Counted from the first letter of the stretch, positions 12,381 through 26,850 are shown. The stretch is 64,000 nt of DNA from Octopus vulgaris (GCA_951406725.2 OX597815.1:107508001-107572000), one strand, 5' to 3'. Notes: generated by a model from the letters alone, not told the origin. Numbers and translations are program-made.

Positions 12381-14439
12381 ACATACATACATACAGACAC
12401 ACACACACACACACACACACGTATGTACATACATATATGTATGTATAGATATGATTTTTAAGAGTTTAGGGTGTGATATAAAGAAAATTTAGCTGTTATT
12501 TTTAACATGTTGAGTGGCCGCACACACAGACATACCCACACGTATGTATATGATCCTTTAGATGTGTAATGAGTGATTTTAATTCAGAGGAAACGCTGGA
12601 TGAGTGCTAGTGAGTTGAGAAATTGCCTGAGAATATCAAAGATATTCTCTGGTGAACAAAGGTGAGAGATGAATATGAGTATGCCGTTTATACCATCCAT
12701 TAACATATAATGATGTATGTAGAATGTCAGAGTGCTGATATTAGCAAAAATAATATGAAACAGCAAAATGACATGAAACAACAAAATAACCAGACGTTGA
12801 AAGATCAATCAGTCTTACTATTGAAACAATCAAAAAAAAAATCTATAATTTTCTCTTTGATTAATGACCATTTTACAATTGAATGCTGCCTAAATTTTCA
12901 CCATGATCTGCTATGATTATTATTGCATCTCAGAAAAAAAAAAGAAGGGAAAAAGGAAGGAAGAAAGAAGCAATAGAATAAATATATATATATATATATA
13001 TACTCCACTACAAAACCGGAAAGCAACCATGTATGATTTAACCTGTTGCACTTTTAATAATTTTTTTCATACACTTTTACTTCTATATATTTTATTTATT
13101 TTTCTTTCATTATACAAAGATAAACATTTTTGTTTGTTTTCTTTTTTTAGATTGTAAATTATAAATTGTTCTTTGTTTAGATAAAAAAAATTTTATTTTT
13201 CCATTTAGATTTCTCTTGTAGAAATAATGATTTCTTAATTAGACAAGAAGCCTTTGGCAAAGTATATTTATGTGCTTACTCGAGAAATATGTCCACAGCA
13301 CTTGCAGCAAGATAATAAAATGAGCAAACAAATAAACAAAAAAAGAAACATAGGAAGCAAACAAAATAACAACAAAACACAAAAGAATCGTGACTTGGGA
13401 AATTAGAAGTCTCATCCCTCAATTACTTGACACTTGCTCCACTTATCACTTAAATAATTATGATAGTAATGAATTCGTAATGAGCCATATTGATTTAATG
13501 TAAGCAGAGTTAAGTGGCAAGCCTAATGATATAAGGTCCTGATTTAGTAACCATTTTGGGATGTATGCAGTAATTAGTTTGGTAGTGACATTACCTGCAA
13601 TCAGGTGATGGTGAGTCTGGCTACTACTGAAAGGTGGTGTAATTGGGGCATTGTCTCTATGATTATATCAACTCTGACTTCATCATCATTGCCACCACCA
13701 CCACCTTCACTGCCAACACTGTTACCACCAATACCACCACTATTGTCTTCATTACCTCCTCAGCCATTGCTCTCTGTAGCTGTACCACTGGTGTGATTTG
13801 CACCATCTGAAATAAACACGGGAGCCTCTAGAGATTTGTTTATGCCATCTAGCAACACCTATATGATTGCTCATCCTACTAGAAATAACAATCAAATCTT
13901 TCCCCCAAAATACACCGTCTGATCTTAAGAAAGAAAGGCCAAAAGAGTATGAAATGTTTTGGCATCGACATTTTGGCATGACTGATTCTATATTAACTTA
14001 TTTGACATCAGACATTTTAATGCTTCCCCACATTCTCTACCTCCCTCTCTCACTCTCACTCCCTCCCTCTCTCTCTCTCTCTGTTTATATCTGTGAATAT
14101 ATTTTTCATTGTGTGTATGGGGAGAGGGAAAGTGTTTATGACAATTAATAAATTTTAATGTCTTTCTTTCTTTCTTTCTTCCTTCCTTCCTTTCTTACTC
14201 TCTCTCTCTCTACCCTCTCTCTCTCTCCTTCACCCCATCTCCCCTCCTCTTCTTCTCACCCTCCCTCTTTCCCCTTTCCCTTCCTCCTCCCCATCTCGCC
14301 TCCCCTCTTGCACCCTCGTCCCCACGACCCTCACCCCCTCCTCCCCATGGCATGGATTGAACACCTTTGATCACTTTCATCTGCAAAATCAGGGCTGGTT
14401 AAGAGATTAAGCAACAATAACAAGAATCATCTATGATAT

Positions 14440-14603
14440 GGATGCATGTGTGGCTGTGTGGTAAGAAATTTGCTTCCCAATTACATGGTCCTGAGTTCAG
14501 TCCCAGTGTGTCACATCTTGGGCAAGTATTTTTTGCTATAGTCATAGGCTGACCAAAGCCTTGTGAGTGGATTTAGCTGATGGAAACTGAAAGAAGACAA
14601 TTG

Positions 14604-14634
<31 letters not shown>

Positions 14635-14700
14635 TCGTGTATGGGTGTTTGAGTGTGTTTGTTTGTCCCCAAACTCTGCTTGACAACTGCTGCAGTATGC
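14440..14700 (+). mobile_element. SINE family A (partial)
   Basis: Same head, core and internal (TA)n as 27545-27939. Confidence 0.8.
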
Positions 14701-14754
14701 ATGTATATGTATTTATATTAAATATGTTTGCATATATATATAAGGTAAGGCTTA

Positions 14755-15400
14755 TTGGTAGTGGATGAAAAGTTTTCTATTAGTGGCTTTTCTGTAGAAT
14801 TTGGTAAATATGCAGCCTTGCTCTGTGATATTGAGTTGAAAGTTGAGTAGAAAGAAGGTTCCGAATTTGTCTGGATATTCAATCTCAAATTTGATATTTA
14901 TGTCGGTGTTATTGAAGGTTTGGTGTATGTTAATGCCTCATCCCTGGAGGACGTGATGATAAGGATGTCATCAATGTACCTGGAGAAGAAGAGGCATGAG
15001 CAGCAGGTATTGAGTGCTGTGCATTCTAGCTTATCCATGTACACCAGCTGGTGTTGATGATGGACTACAGTTGGTGAGGTGTGATGTTGTAAACCTTTTC
15101 GTATAGTGTGGTGTCAGTGAGGTGTTCGATAAACATAGTAAGTCAAAATTATTTGGTGAATTTGTGGAATGTCTAAGAGAATATAACTCAAGTTTGTCTA
15201 TAATGCAGAATTCTTTCCCTTGTCTGAAGGTAGGTAGATGAGGTTTTTGTTTCTTAAGTTTTACAAGATCAGGAATTGGAATTTAGTAAGGTTGCATGAT
15301 GGGTAAGGTCGTTTATCTAATATGTTAAGTATGGATTGTTCGAGTCTAGCTAGTTTGGTGTTGAGTTTGGGATTGCAAGGGGGTAGAGTGGGTTACCGAG
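14755..15400 (-). mobile_element. Penelope-like element, RT fragment
   Basis: Minus strand: LFFSRYIDDILIITS...FNNTDINIKFEIEYP...IFTKFYRKP, matching the PLE RT YIDD, F.IE and YRKP motifs. Frameshifted. Confidence 0.8.
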
Positions 15401-15724
15401 GTGGTAAATGGGGAATCAAAGTGTAGCTGAGGAGGAGGGAGAGGAGGTAGAAGAAGAAGAAAGAGATGATGATGATGATGATGATGATGAAGATGGTAAA
15501 GATGATGATGAGGAAGATGTAGGGACAGTGGAGGGGGAAGAGGAAAAAATATATGTCCTCCTCCTCCTCCACCAAAGTGGTGGGCATCAATGGCAAATAT
15601 TACAGCAGTTGAAGAAATAGTTCCTGTAGTTAGAACAGTGAAAGAGGGATGGGTTTTATGAAGATCAGTTGTGGTGGGGAAGGTTTAATAGGGACACATT
15701 AGGTAACAGATCAAAGCCATAAAC

Positions 15725-16050
15725 AACAATGCTTTTAGGATCTCGTTTTTGGCAGGGACAGATGAGTCTTCTTGGGCACAATGAATCGCCAATTATCATG
15801 GTCCTTTTTCATTTCCTCTTTAAGGTTGGTCTTCAGTACATTGTCTCATGTCATGCTGGGTCTCCCTCTTCCATAGGTTTCATCCACATTTGGCAAGTGG
15901 CAATTCTTTATGCAGCTGCCCTGATTCCTGTCTCATGAACAAAGTTTAGTTTTTCTGTTAATCTTCTCAAATTCCACTGGACTTATTGTATATCCATAAC
16001 TTGTACTGCATACACAATATAAAATTTCTACCAACAACTTCTTTTACATA
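15725..16050 (-). mobile_element. Old RTE-type LINE 3' fragment
   Basis: Minus strand: TYGRGRPSMT*DNVLKTNLK...DHDNWRF. Confidence 0.55.
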
Positions 16051-17434
16051 TCCAATAAAATAATTTCACTGAAAGGATTAACAAACTGTCTGTGCTCTTG
16101 CATTTTCCTGCTTAATAGATGTTTGGTCTTTTCTAAGTTAACTTTAAGGATTTGGACTCCAGATAGTACTTCCACAACAGATACAGAAATAAGAACAAGG
16201 TGATCAGCATTGAGTAGTTAACCACTGGTAACTATTCTTAAATTTCTCTGTTATAGCCTATGATAAATTAGGAGGGAACGAGAGTTGTGCTCTGGTGAAC
16301 TCCTTCCTTCCTGAACATCAAATCATTGCTGTATTCATTAATAACTATCACCTTACAAACAACACCCCTGTACATGGCTTCACCTCCTATACATACATAC
16401 ATACATAGTAAGGTGTGTGTGTGAATGGTTGAAAAGTTTGTTTCCAAACCAGGCGATTCTGGGTTCACTTGCATAATGCAGAACTTTTGGACTTTAGACA
16501 AGACTCTTCTACTACAGTCTTGAAGTAACAAAAGACTTGTGAGTGGATCTGGTAGACAGAAACTGAACAACCACCATATATATTTCTATCTATCTATCTG
16601 TCTGTCTGTCTATCTATCTGTCTATCTGTCTATATATCTGTCTGTCTGTCTATCTCTTTATCTGTCTGTCTATCTATCTATCTGTCTATCTATCTGTCTA
16701 TCTATCTATCTATCTATCTGTCTATCAATACGCAAACACATGTCTACCTACATATACACACACATTTGCATATGCACACACATACACACACACACACGTG
16801 TGTCTCTATGTGTGCATATGTGTGCGTGTGTACATGCATATATGTATATATATAAATGTGGGGTGGTGTGGACTTATGTATTTCTTTGAATTTGTTTGTG
16901 TAGGTGTATGCATTTGTAGCTGTGTATTTGTTTACATCTTCAAAGGACGAAATTGCTTCTTCATAGTCTTCTATTTTTGCTTCTATTTCTCATTTCCCTT
17001 TCTGTTGTCAGTTTGTTTCCCTCTCACACGTACCGACACATTATATATATACACTTGATTTTGTCTTCTTCCCTTACTTCAAAAACTAGAAAGAAGTAAG
17101 TGGTGTGAGTGTGTGTGTGTGGAATGAAAGCAAATATGTTTTCATCTACTTTGCTACTATTTACCTTGATTATTATCAAGCACACAGACACACACACACA
17201 GACACACACACACATTTGTTGAAATGTATATTTTCGGAATTGAACCAAATGACTAAAGCAGAAACAGAGTTATACAAGGTAAGTTCCAAGCAAGCCATGG
17301 TCTGTAAATCAAATTATGTGATCTAGTTTCAGTCCCAGACTGAACCACTTCGACACCAATTTTGTAACTTTTTAACTAAAATCCACACTATTGCTTATTG
17401 GCTGGAATAAAAACAGTGAAATAGTAGATATTAG

Positions 17435-17812
17435 TATTCTTTTATTCTTTTATTTGTTTCAGTCATTTGACTGTGGCCAGGCTGGAGCACTGCCTTTAGT
17501 CGAACAAATCGACCCCAGGACTTATTCATTGTAAATCTAGTCCTTATTCTATTGGCCTCTTTTTCCAAACTGCTAAGTTTCGGAGACCTAAACACATCAA
17601 CATCAGTTGTCAAGCAATGGTATGGGGACAAACACAGACACACGAACACACACACACACACACACACACACATATGATGGGCTCTTTCAATTTCCGTCTA
17701 CCAAATCCACTCACAAGGCTTTGGTCAGCCCGAGGCTATAGTAGAAGACACTTGTCCAAGGTGCCATGTGGTTGGTAAGCAAGCTACATACTACACAGCC
17801 ACACTTGCACCT
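17435..17812 (-). mobile_element. SINE family A
   Basis: Reverse complement of 27545-27939 with an internal deletion and a central (CA)n. Confidence 0.85.
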
Positions 17813-18394
17813 AGTGGTATATATTTTAAGAATGAAAAGCGGTAAAATAAATATGATTACTAATTAGATTTTGTTACTTATTTTTCAAGTTGAACTTAAA
17901 TGACAACAAAATGTGCTACTGTACTTGTGAAGATTTTCTGTACAAATTAGCTTAAAATGTAAGTATTATGTGTGTGTTTGTCTACTATTTCAAGGTGAAA
18001 ATGACATCAGTTCTCTTCTTTTTAAGCATTGTACAACCATAAGGAAGTCTAGCTGGGCAGCAAATAATTTCAATAATATTGTACAGTGTGTATGTGTATA
18101 TATATATATATATATATATACATGGACATGAGCGGGCGAGCACACACACACGCACACACATATGTATGTATGTATGTATGTATATGAGTGCATGAACATA
18201 TGCATTCTTACACAAATAAACACATATAGAAATATATATTTATATACATATACACACACACATATGGAGTGAGAGGCTTGTACTTTAGTTGGCCAACTTT
18301 CTTTACCCCTGTTTGCTCTGGCTTGTAGCCAGACTCCTAATCAAATGAAAGAGTGTCAGAGAACTGAATCCACTGAGATCATAGAGCACAATAA

Positions 18395-18860
18395 TAAAAA
18401 CAGGAAGTGGAATAATTTATGACATAACCCAGTATTTAATCTTGTAGTAAGAACTAATAAAACAAGGGAATTCCTTAATTTGATAGATTACCATTTTCCA
18501 TTGGAGCATAAGTATAGTAATATACTAAATAGGAATTGCATTATGGTTAGCTATTTAGTGACTAAGAATTTTGGTTGATATATCAGAGGTTATAATACTG
18601 CAAGGCTGAAGGAAATAGAGAGATGAACAGCAAACTGATACCAATCACATAACTTCAAAATTAGTGAGAATTGTCCATGAGATGGTAACTGTTTGGCAAA
18701 GTCAGTGGTATACAGAGCTTATGAAGAAATAGACAAATGAGAACAATCTACTGTACATACTGGAGAAATTGAATTAACACTCAAAATTCGATTTTATAAG
18801 CAGACATTCATTTGTCATCCTTGATAAAAGAAATGCACGACAGCTTTATCAAAATTTACA
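18395..18860 (+). mobile_element. Penelope-like element fragment (RT thumb plus GIY-YIG)
   Basis: L*HNPVFNLVVRTNKTREFLNLIDYHFPLEHKYSNILNRNCIMVSY, then CP*DGNCLAKSVVYRA...HTGEIELTLKIRFY. Matches the WFNPP...DKHFP and CPL.G.CL..VVY...Y.G pattern. Confidence 0.75.
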
Positions 18861-19637
18861 GGTTTTTTTTTTTTTACATGAGGCAAATCCTCATGAATTT
18901 AAAATTACTGGTTAAATGTAGTTAAGGCTTAACCCTACAAGAACAGCTGCTTTAAATAATAAAAAAAAAATGTGGTGTGACTGTTTTTGGAGCAAAAAAT
19001 TCAGAATTATTTTTCAAGGAAATAACTGCTTGAACAAAAGAACAGAACCATTGACACCTTGTATACATGGACCAAACTATCATTTTATGAATTCCAATCT
19101 CCTTAATTTTCAACCTATTTTGGAAAGAAAAAAAAACGTTGGTTTTGAAGCGTTTTTAAACAAAATTGCTTAGGCAACAATTTATTTCCACTTGTATGAA
19201 GTTTAAATTCTGAATGCATTAAAAAAAGACATTGACAGTATTCCCATGAGAATCAAAAATGAAATGAAAATTACAAGCTTGAAACAGCTGTTTTTAAATA
19301 TACTGCTTGCATGATTTGTTTTTAGAATATAGAGATATGTGTTTTCCCAATAGTATCCATATAATATTTTGAAATATAATTCTAGAGAAAGCAGGCTCTG
19401 ATTACCAGCTGAAATTGCTGAAATATGAAACTCAGAATACAGGCAATTCAGAGCATGTTTAAAAATTAATCTACATTCATGTATTGAATACAATAATTTA
19501 TTGCTTTCTGGTGAATCAACAGAAACTTTGAAATTTAAAATATACATACATGCATAAATACATGCATATACATACACACACATATATATATATATACATA
19601 CATACAAACATCTGTGTGTGTGCGTGTATATATATGT

Positions 19638-19678
<41 letters not shown>

Positions 19679-19682
19679 TATA

Positions 19683-19764
<82 letters not shown>

Positions 19765-21454
19765 GCACACACACACACACACACACATATATACACGCAT
19801 ATTATATATTTATATATGTTTGTTTGTACATATATATATGTATGAGTGTGTGTATGTATTGATGCCTATGTATGTATACATTAAATTTATTTTAGCTGAA
19901 AACTAAAACCAAATTCATATCTATTACTTTTTTATAAACTGGTATTGATTTATTTTTCTCAAGCCTGTGGTTATTTGTTCTAATGCAGAAACACACTTCT
20001 ATATATATGTGTGTGTGTGTGTATGTATACATATATATATGTAAATATAATACACACACACATGCATACACACACACATCTGAAGTAATATAAGCATATA
20101 TTACAGAAAAATCGTAATTCATAATATCTAAGTATTTGATATGTTGTCTCTGTATTCACCAATAGGCCTTGCCTGTGTGTGACTTATTAAACTGAAATAT
20201 CCTTATTTTTTCAGAGAGAAAGGATGACAGCAGCAAAATATTTTTTTTGAAAAAGAAAAGAAAACCCCATAGCAATTGTAAAGGTACACACACATGCACA
20301 CAAAACTGTAAATAAATAAACCAAATAGGAAATATTAAATATCAAATTGCCATTTTTTAATAAAGATATATATATATATTTACACATGTAATACAAAATA
20401 TATAAACAACTTCATGTGTATATAAATACAAATTTCTTTATTGAAAATATTAATATTTATAAAAATTAGATTCTATGAAATATTTGAAATAAAATTAGAA
20501 TTAGTATGTTTATTTAAAGTTTCTTTTTTATTATCTGTGTGAGTTGTTTTCTTTGATGAATCAAATATAATTTATCCCCATATATTCCTTTATAACATGT
20601 AACATCAAAATATGGCAACTTAGATTGCATAACTATAATTGGAGCTGAAAAGCTAACTTCACATTTGTAAAACTGCATTATTATTTTTTTTTCAACAATG
20701 CTAAAGACTAGACTGTGACACATCTTACTTCCAATACTCTGACAAATTCCTCTGCCCAAGAAATAATTCCCTTTCACCATATATTGCTTATATTCTTCAA
20801 GTATAGGAGAGTTTTTAGGAATGTAACAAACAAACACTCACCCACAAAAAGACCCCACAAAACAAAAAAAAACACAAAAAAAAACAACCACAAACTAATC
20901 AGTGTTCAGTGACATGCAAGCACTAATAACAACAAAGATTACTTTTGCTTGACCGAGGTGAGTTACAGATTAAATCAATGCAGTATGTTATTGGCATTGT
21001 TTTATCAGCTATAGAGTGGGGAATTGAAAGTTGAATTGACTTAATGGAATTTGAACTCAGGACTAATAGAACTGGAACTAAAAACTGCAAAGAGTATTTA
21101 GTTGGATGTTACCTTATCATGTCCATCTTTGCTCTCTCTTATGATTTACCATTAACAGATTGCTTTTTGCTTGTATATATCTGGAATGAATTAAAACTAG
21201 TGTTTGTTTTTCTTTCTGGTGGGTTAGAGCTCTTTAAGAACTCAAATAGCACGACCCATTTTGTATGCACACAATCTAACCACCTACTAAATATCATCAA
21301 ACATGCATCTTGAACCACAGGCAAAAGAATAAGCACACTGTTCTCCCACAAAGCAAAGTCAAAGAGTACTACAGCATAACAGTTAAGACATAACCTATAT
21401 GAGAAATAGTTAAGAACACACCAATGACAACCAGCAGCCACCCTGAAAATAAAA

Positions 21455-21650
21455 AAGGGTATAGACCCTCTTCTGTCATGAATGACCATGGGTATGCACC
21501 TAGGAAGTTCCCCTCCAAGGTACAAGTCTGGGCAATGTTATTTATGGAAGACCAGCAGCTGCAAACTAGCCTCCTCTTTCCAAGCAGCTGATGTTGTCCA
21601 AGGAAAAGTCAAAGGCCGATACAGCTTGATACCAGTGACATCGCTGAATT
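21455..21650 (-). mobile_element. SINE/RTE-derived 3' tail fragment
   Basis: GACCCTCTTCTGTCATGAATGACCATGG...CCGATACAGCTTG segment resembles an octopus SINE tail. Recognition only. Confidence 0.4.
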
Positions 21651-21759
21651 TCCATAAATATCCTTGCCTGGACTATGCCTTGGAGGAGAACTTCTTAGAT
21701 GCAATCCATGGTCATTCATTACCGAAGTGGTTCTTTACCCTAAAAATACTAGTAATGGA

Positions 21760-22300
21760 AAGGATATAATGGTATAACTAACCATATGACATTGATATGA
21801 AAATTAGTGTTACAAAACATTTCTCTCCTTGATCAGATAATATTCCTTGAGCAACCACAAATTCAACAAGCTGTTCAACAAGAATAACATGAAAGTGAGA
21901 TACAGCTGCATGTAGAACATATAAAGTGACTAACATGTCAATACAGATCTCAAGTAGCACTCTTCCAAAAGTTGTCAGCTCCAAATGGAAAGTCCATTCT
22001 GGTACTTAGCACTAGAGAGCAATGCAGCAGTTCAAAAAGATGTTCAAAATACTCATTTATTATTTGCTGAATAGAGCCTCACAAGTTCCTTTAAATTCTA
22101 CTGATTTAATTTCAAAATATATTTTGAGAGCAAAAAATAAAGGCAAAACAAGCAGAATTGCATAAGAAAATACATCAGTATCGTTAAAAATGGAACAAAG
22201 TACTGAGATTTTTGACACTGAGTACTCCATATGGAATTCCTTTCTACTTTTCTGCATATCAAGTATAGCCTTCTTGTCAGACAGAAAAAGCCATCAAGGT
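21760..22300 (+). mobile_element. Penelope-like element fragment, same type as 18395
   Basis: WYN*PYDIDMKISVTKHF...NHKFNKLFNKNNMKVRYSCM*NI and a terminal CQTEKAI-like motif. Confidence 0.65.
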
Positions 22301-23878
22301 GTGGCCCAAAATGTCCATTAAAATTGCTAGCCAAGATAGCAGGGATGCCATCATTTGTTATTGAAGCAGTCTGCATGATAACTTCACAAAACCAGATTTG
22401 TTCATCTGCTAACCTTATTTGTGATGCATGTGTGCATGTGTGTGTGTGTGTGTGTTTGTGATGCATGCATGCATGCGTGTATGTAAATAATACAATTTAC
22501 AAGAAAACAGGTATTTTTCAGGCAGGAAATTAAACCCCACAGCTTGTGTCAATTAAATAATTAATTTATCACTCTACTTTATTACTTATTTTACATTCAA
22601 ATTTCATTTACAATAATAATTACAATTATCTAAAACTTTCATAATTAATCATCAGAATGTCAAATAAAATTAATTACAGTCATTTGCTGCCTGAGTTCAA
22701 ATTCCATTGAAGTCAAATTTGTCTTTCATCCTTCTGGAGTTGAAGAAAAGCATCAGCAAGTGTTGAAAGTGACGTAATATTTTCATAAAGCGTTTTGGGT
22801 GTGATTGGAATTAAAATATGAAGAATAGGAATTATCATAATGTTTTCTGACATTTGTATGAGGCGAGAGAATTTTTAAGTGGGGAAAAGTTTATTTGATT
22901 GACTCAGACTCATCTTAGAGACTCTGGAAGGATGAAAAGCTAAGTCATTCGTCGTCGATATTCTGTATGGAACACAGAAATGATAAAAAAAAGTAAAGCA
23001 AAATAATAATAAAAAAGTAAAGCAAAAAGAAGAAAAAATATCATCCATTTAGAATTTGGTCACTTGCTATTGAAAATATATGTGTGAAAATGTATATCTA
23101 TAAACAGGTTTGGTGAAAGGTCACCTGACAGTAAATCAAAACCCACTTAATTCCAAGATTAAAACAAAAAATTATTTTACATGAGATTTCGCTAATAAAT
23201 AAATAAATAAATGTCAGAGAACTATACACAGAAATGTTTACCTGTTTTTGCTGAGATTTTTCTTGAGAACACACTCTTCATGGTAAGGTGATTTGACATC
23301 AATCTTTAGCATATTAGGAATCCACTTTAGTGATCATTCCTCTTATTAATTGTTATATAATTTTTAAATCTTCGGATTTTTTTTTTCGATATGCTAGACC
23401 ACTGATTTAAATTGATGTTGATTGATATCAATTTCTACCCTCATTATTTAATTTAAAATAGCAATGTTCTCTAAAGGGTTAATTAGCTGTGGTAATTTAT
23501 TTTCTGCAGAGTTATTACTGGCCTCAGCATGCCAAAATGAAGACATTTGAAAGTTAACCCCAAATATAATTTACAGAACTGTACATGTGTTTTCTTTCGG
23601 GTGAATGTTTCTGTGTAAAGTTCTGTGAAATATGTTTGTAACGTGACAGCCTATACTGAAGAGTTGCAGATAATTGAATTTTGCACTATGCAAATGTTAA
23701 CAATGAAATCATGATACGTAGGTAATCATTTTATTTTGTATATTTTCATTTGTCTTATTCCTTTTTGCATTCCAGCGTTTTTGCTGAGATTCTTCTTGAG
23801 AACACACTCTTCATGGTAAGGTGATTTAACGTCCATCTTAGGAATCCACTTTAGTGGTCATTCCTCTTATTAATTATG

Positions 23879-23967
<89 letters not shown>

Positions 23968-23969
<2 letters not shown>

Positions 23970-24185
23970 CTCTTTTACTCTTTTACTTGTTTCAGTCATT
24001 TGACTGCAGCCATACTGGAGCACTACCTTTAGTTGAGCAAATTGACCTCAGGACTTATTTTTTGTAAGCCTAGTACTTATTCTATTGGTCACTTTTGCTG
24101 AACGACTAAGTTACGGAGATGTAAACACACTAGCATAGGTTGTCAAGCGATTTTGGTGGTGGGTGGGTGGGACAAACACAGACAT

Positions 24186-24225
<40 letters not shown>

Positions 24226-24413
24226 GTGTGTATATGCATACATATATACGACGGGCTTCTTTCAGTTTCTGTTTACCAAATCCACTCACAAGGCTTTGGT
24301 TAGCCTGAGATTATAGTGGAAGACACTTGCACAAGGTGCCACACAGTGGGATTGAACCCGGAATCATGTGGTTGGTAAGCAAGCTACTTACCACAAAGCC
24401 ACTCCTGCACCTA
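23968..24413 (-). mobile_element. SINE family A, full length
   Basis: Head, core, internal microsatellite and (CTCTTTTA) tail all present. Confidence 0.9.
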
Positions 24414-24467
24414 TAATATATATATATATATATATATGGATAGATAGATAGATAGATTTATGCATGT

Positions 24468-24680
24468 AAGGCGAGCTGGCTGAAGCGTTAGCATGCTGGG
24501 TGAAATGCTAAGTGGTATTTTGTCTGTCTTTACGTTCTGAGTTCAAATTCTGTTGAGGTTGACCTTGCCTTTCATCCTTTCGGGGTTGATAAATTAAGTA
24601 TCAGTTGCATACTGGGGTCGATCTAATCGACTAGGCCCCTCCTCCAAAATTTCGGGCCTTATGCCTAGAATAGAAAATGA
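24468..24680 (+). mobile_element. SINE family B (tRNA head, Nin/Deu-like domain)
   Basis: AGGCGAGCTGGC...GAGTTCAAATTC (B box)...GCCTTTCATCCTTTCGGGGTTGATAAATTAAGTA. Confidence 0.85.
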
Positions 24681-26629
24681 TATATATCCTTTTCTATATA
24701 TATCATCATCCTTTAGTGTCCATTTTACAGCCTCAATTTTCCCTTTATGCTTCTTTTATCTCACCCTTTCCAAAATAACTTCTTATATTGAAGTCTACTA
24801 TTTCTTTCTATGTAACTCTCTCATATGATAGGATATCTTTTATATCCCTGAAGCAGCTGTAAGACTACCTTTCTCTTTATAAATGTCCTAGAAATTTCAT
24901 ACTGCCTTGGTTTTGTTGTCTCATTTTATTTAACACACACACACACATACACACACACACATATATATATATAAATATATATAAATATGGAAGATCATGA
25001 AGTGGGTTGTTGGAATCAATCATGTAAAGGACAAGGAAGAAAATGGTGAAAATCTTGAGGTGACAAGGAACAATGGAAGAGAAGACTGTGATTCTTGCTG
25101 TGCATCTACAGATTATGGATTTTAAATGCTTCAAAATTACTCATAAAACAACGAAAAATCACACAGGAATACACAAAGACAAAGGTACATACAAATGCAC
25201 ATATACTGAAAGTGTTTATGTTAATTATTTGATTCTATGTGCAATATTATATTTGGTTGTCTTAAATTAAGTATCTCAAGTGATGTTTTCACCACAACAG
25301 TGTTATGAGAAACACTTTCATTGTTGTATTGCATTTTTTATCATAAATTTTACCTTGATTGAGGTTAAATGAAATGATGGCTGATGAGATACAAATAGCT
25401 CTTATTAATGAGTTTTAAACCTCGTTATAGTCAGGTGCTTATTGACAACAATTCTACAGCATATTGAAAATTATCAAGAAATTTTGTAGTATTGCATATA
25501 GAAAAGAAAAGAGAGAGAGTGTGTGTGTGAGAGAGAGGGGGGGGAGGAGAGAGGAAGAAAGAAAAATAAATGTTTTAAAGAAATTGGTTTTATTTATTTT
25601 TTTTATCTATTTCAAAACAAATACATACATAATAATTATAACAACAATAAAACAAAAACAAAAAAGGAAAAAAAAAAGTAAGTGAATTTTTTAAAAGATA
25701 ATTTGGTCAAGGGGCAATTTAAATAAATCTAAAATTTCTTTGCTTAGCTTAAGTATGTATAGCAGATAATGTGTTTGCAGCGAAATCAAATTAAATCGAA
25801 AGTTTACTGTAAACTAAAAAAGGAAAAAAAAAACCAACAAAAACCTCCCCAAAAACATACGAAAGAAAAAAAGAAACACAAAATTTACAGAAAAATCAAA
25901 AAAAAACAATAGTCAAAATATCGAAAATGAAAATGAATAAATAAAAAAGAAAGTAATACAAAGAAAAAAAAATGACATTAAATAGAAAATGAACAAAATT
26001 TTAAGCTCGTTAACTAATTGGGTTTCTCTCTCTCTCTGCCAGTTGTTTTCTTTATTACTGTCTTTGTCAGTCATTTTCCCCTCTCTTGTCTTTTCTGTCT
26101 CCAAGATGTAATATCATTCTTCTTGTCCATACAAAGATAATCATGTGCTTTTATATAGTTAAGTGATTTTTCTGGTTGAGCATGCAAAAGTTATTTTACT
26201 AGCAAAATATTTGCAAAAACAAAAAACAAAAAGGAAAAAAGAAATATTAGTATTCTATAGTTATTTATATTTTCTGTTTTGTATTTTGAATTCATTAAAA
26301 TATAATGAAGGCTTTTCTTGCAATTAACTGACAATAAACAAATAAAGAAATAACAGCAAGAAAAATATACAATGATTATAAAATAAAATAAGGATGATGA
26401 TGATGATGATGATGATAACAATAATAAAATACATAAAATATTATCAGACTTTGGAAAGATTCTTTTCACTTATCTTGTTTATTTTATGTTTATATATGTG
26501 TACATATGAGTGTGTGTGCATATATGTGTGTACGGGACCATGTTTATATATCATCATCAATGTCCATCTTCTGTGCTAGCAATGTATATGTAAGCATGTG
26601 TGTATGTGTTATGTATGTATGTATGTATG

Positions 26630-26850
<221 letters not shown>

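Noticed and set aside
15408-15620. Acidic E/D-rich ORF
   Set aside because: A (GAT)n/(GAG)n low-complexity tract between retroelement fragments.
17090-17095. 6-nt plus-strand microexon (TAG|AAAGAA|GTAAGT)
   Set aside because: An equally plausible 8-nt candidate lies on the opposite strand next to it, showing how often such patterns occur by chance.
18420-18745. In-frame TGA codons in the Penelope fragment as possible selenocysteines (as in Naiad PLEs)
   Set aside because: They fall at positions expected to be Trp, Leu or variable residues rather than Cys, and the copy is otherwise decayed.
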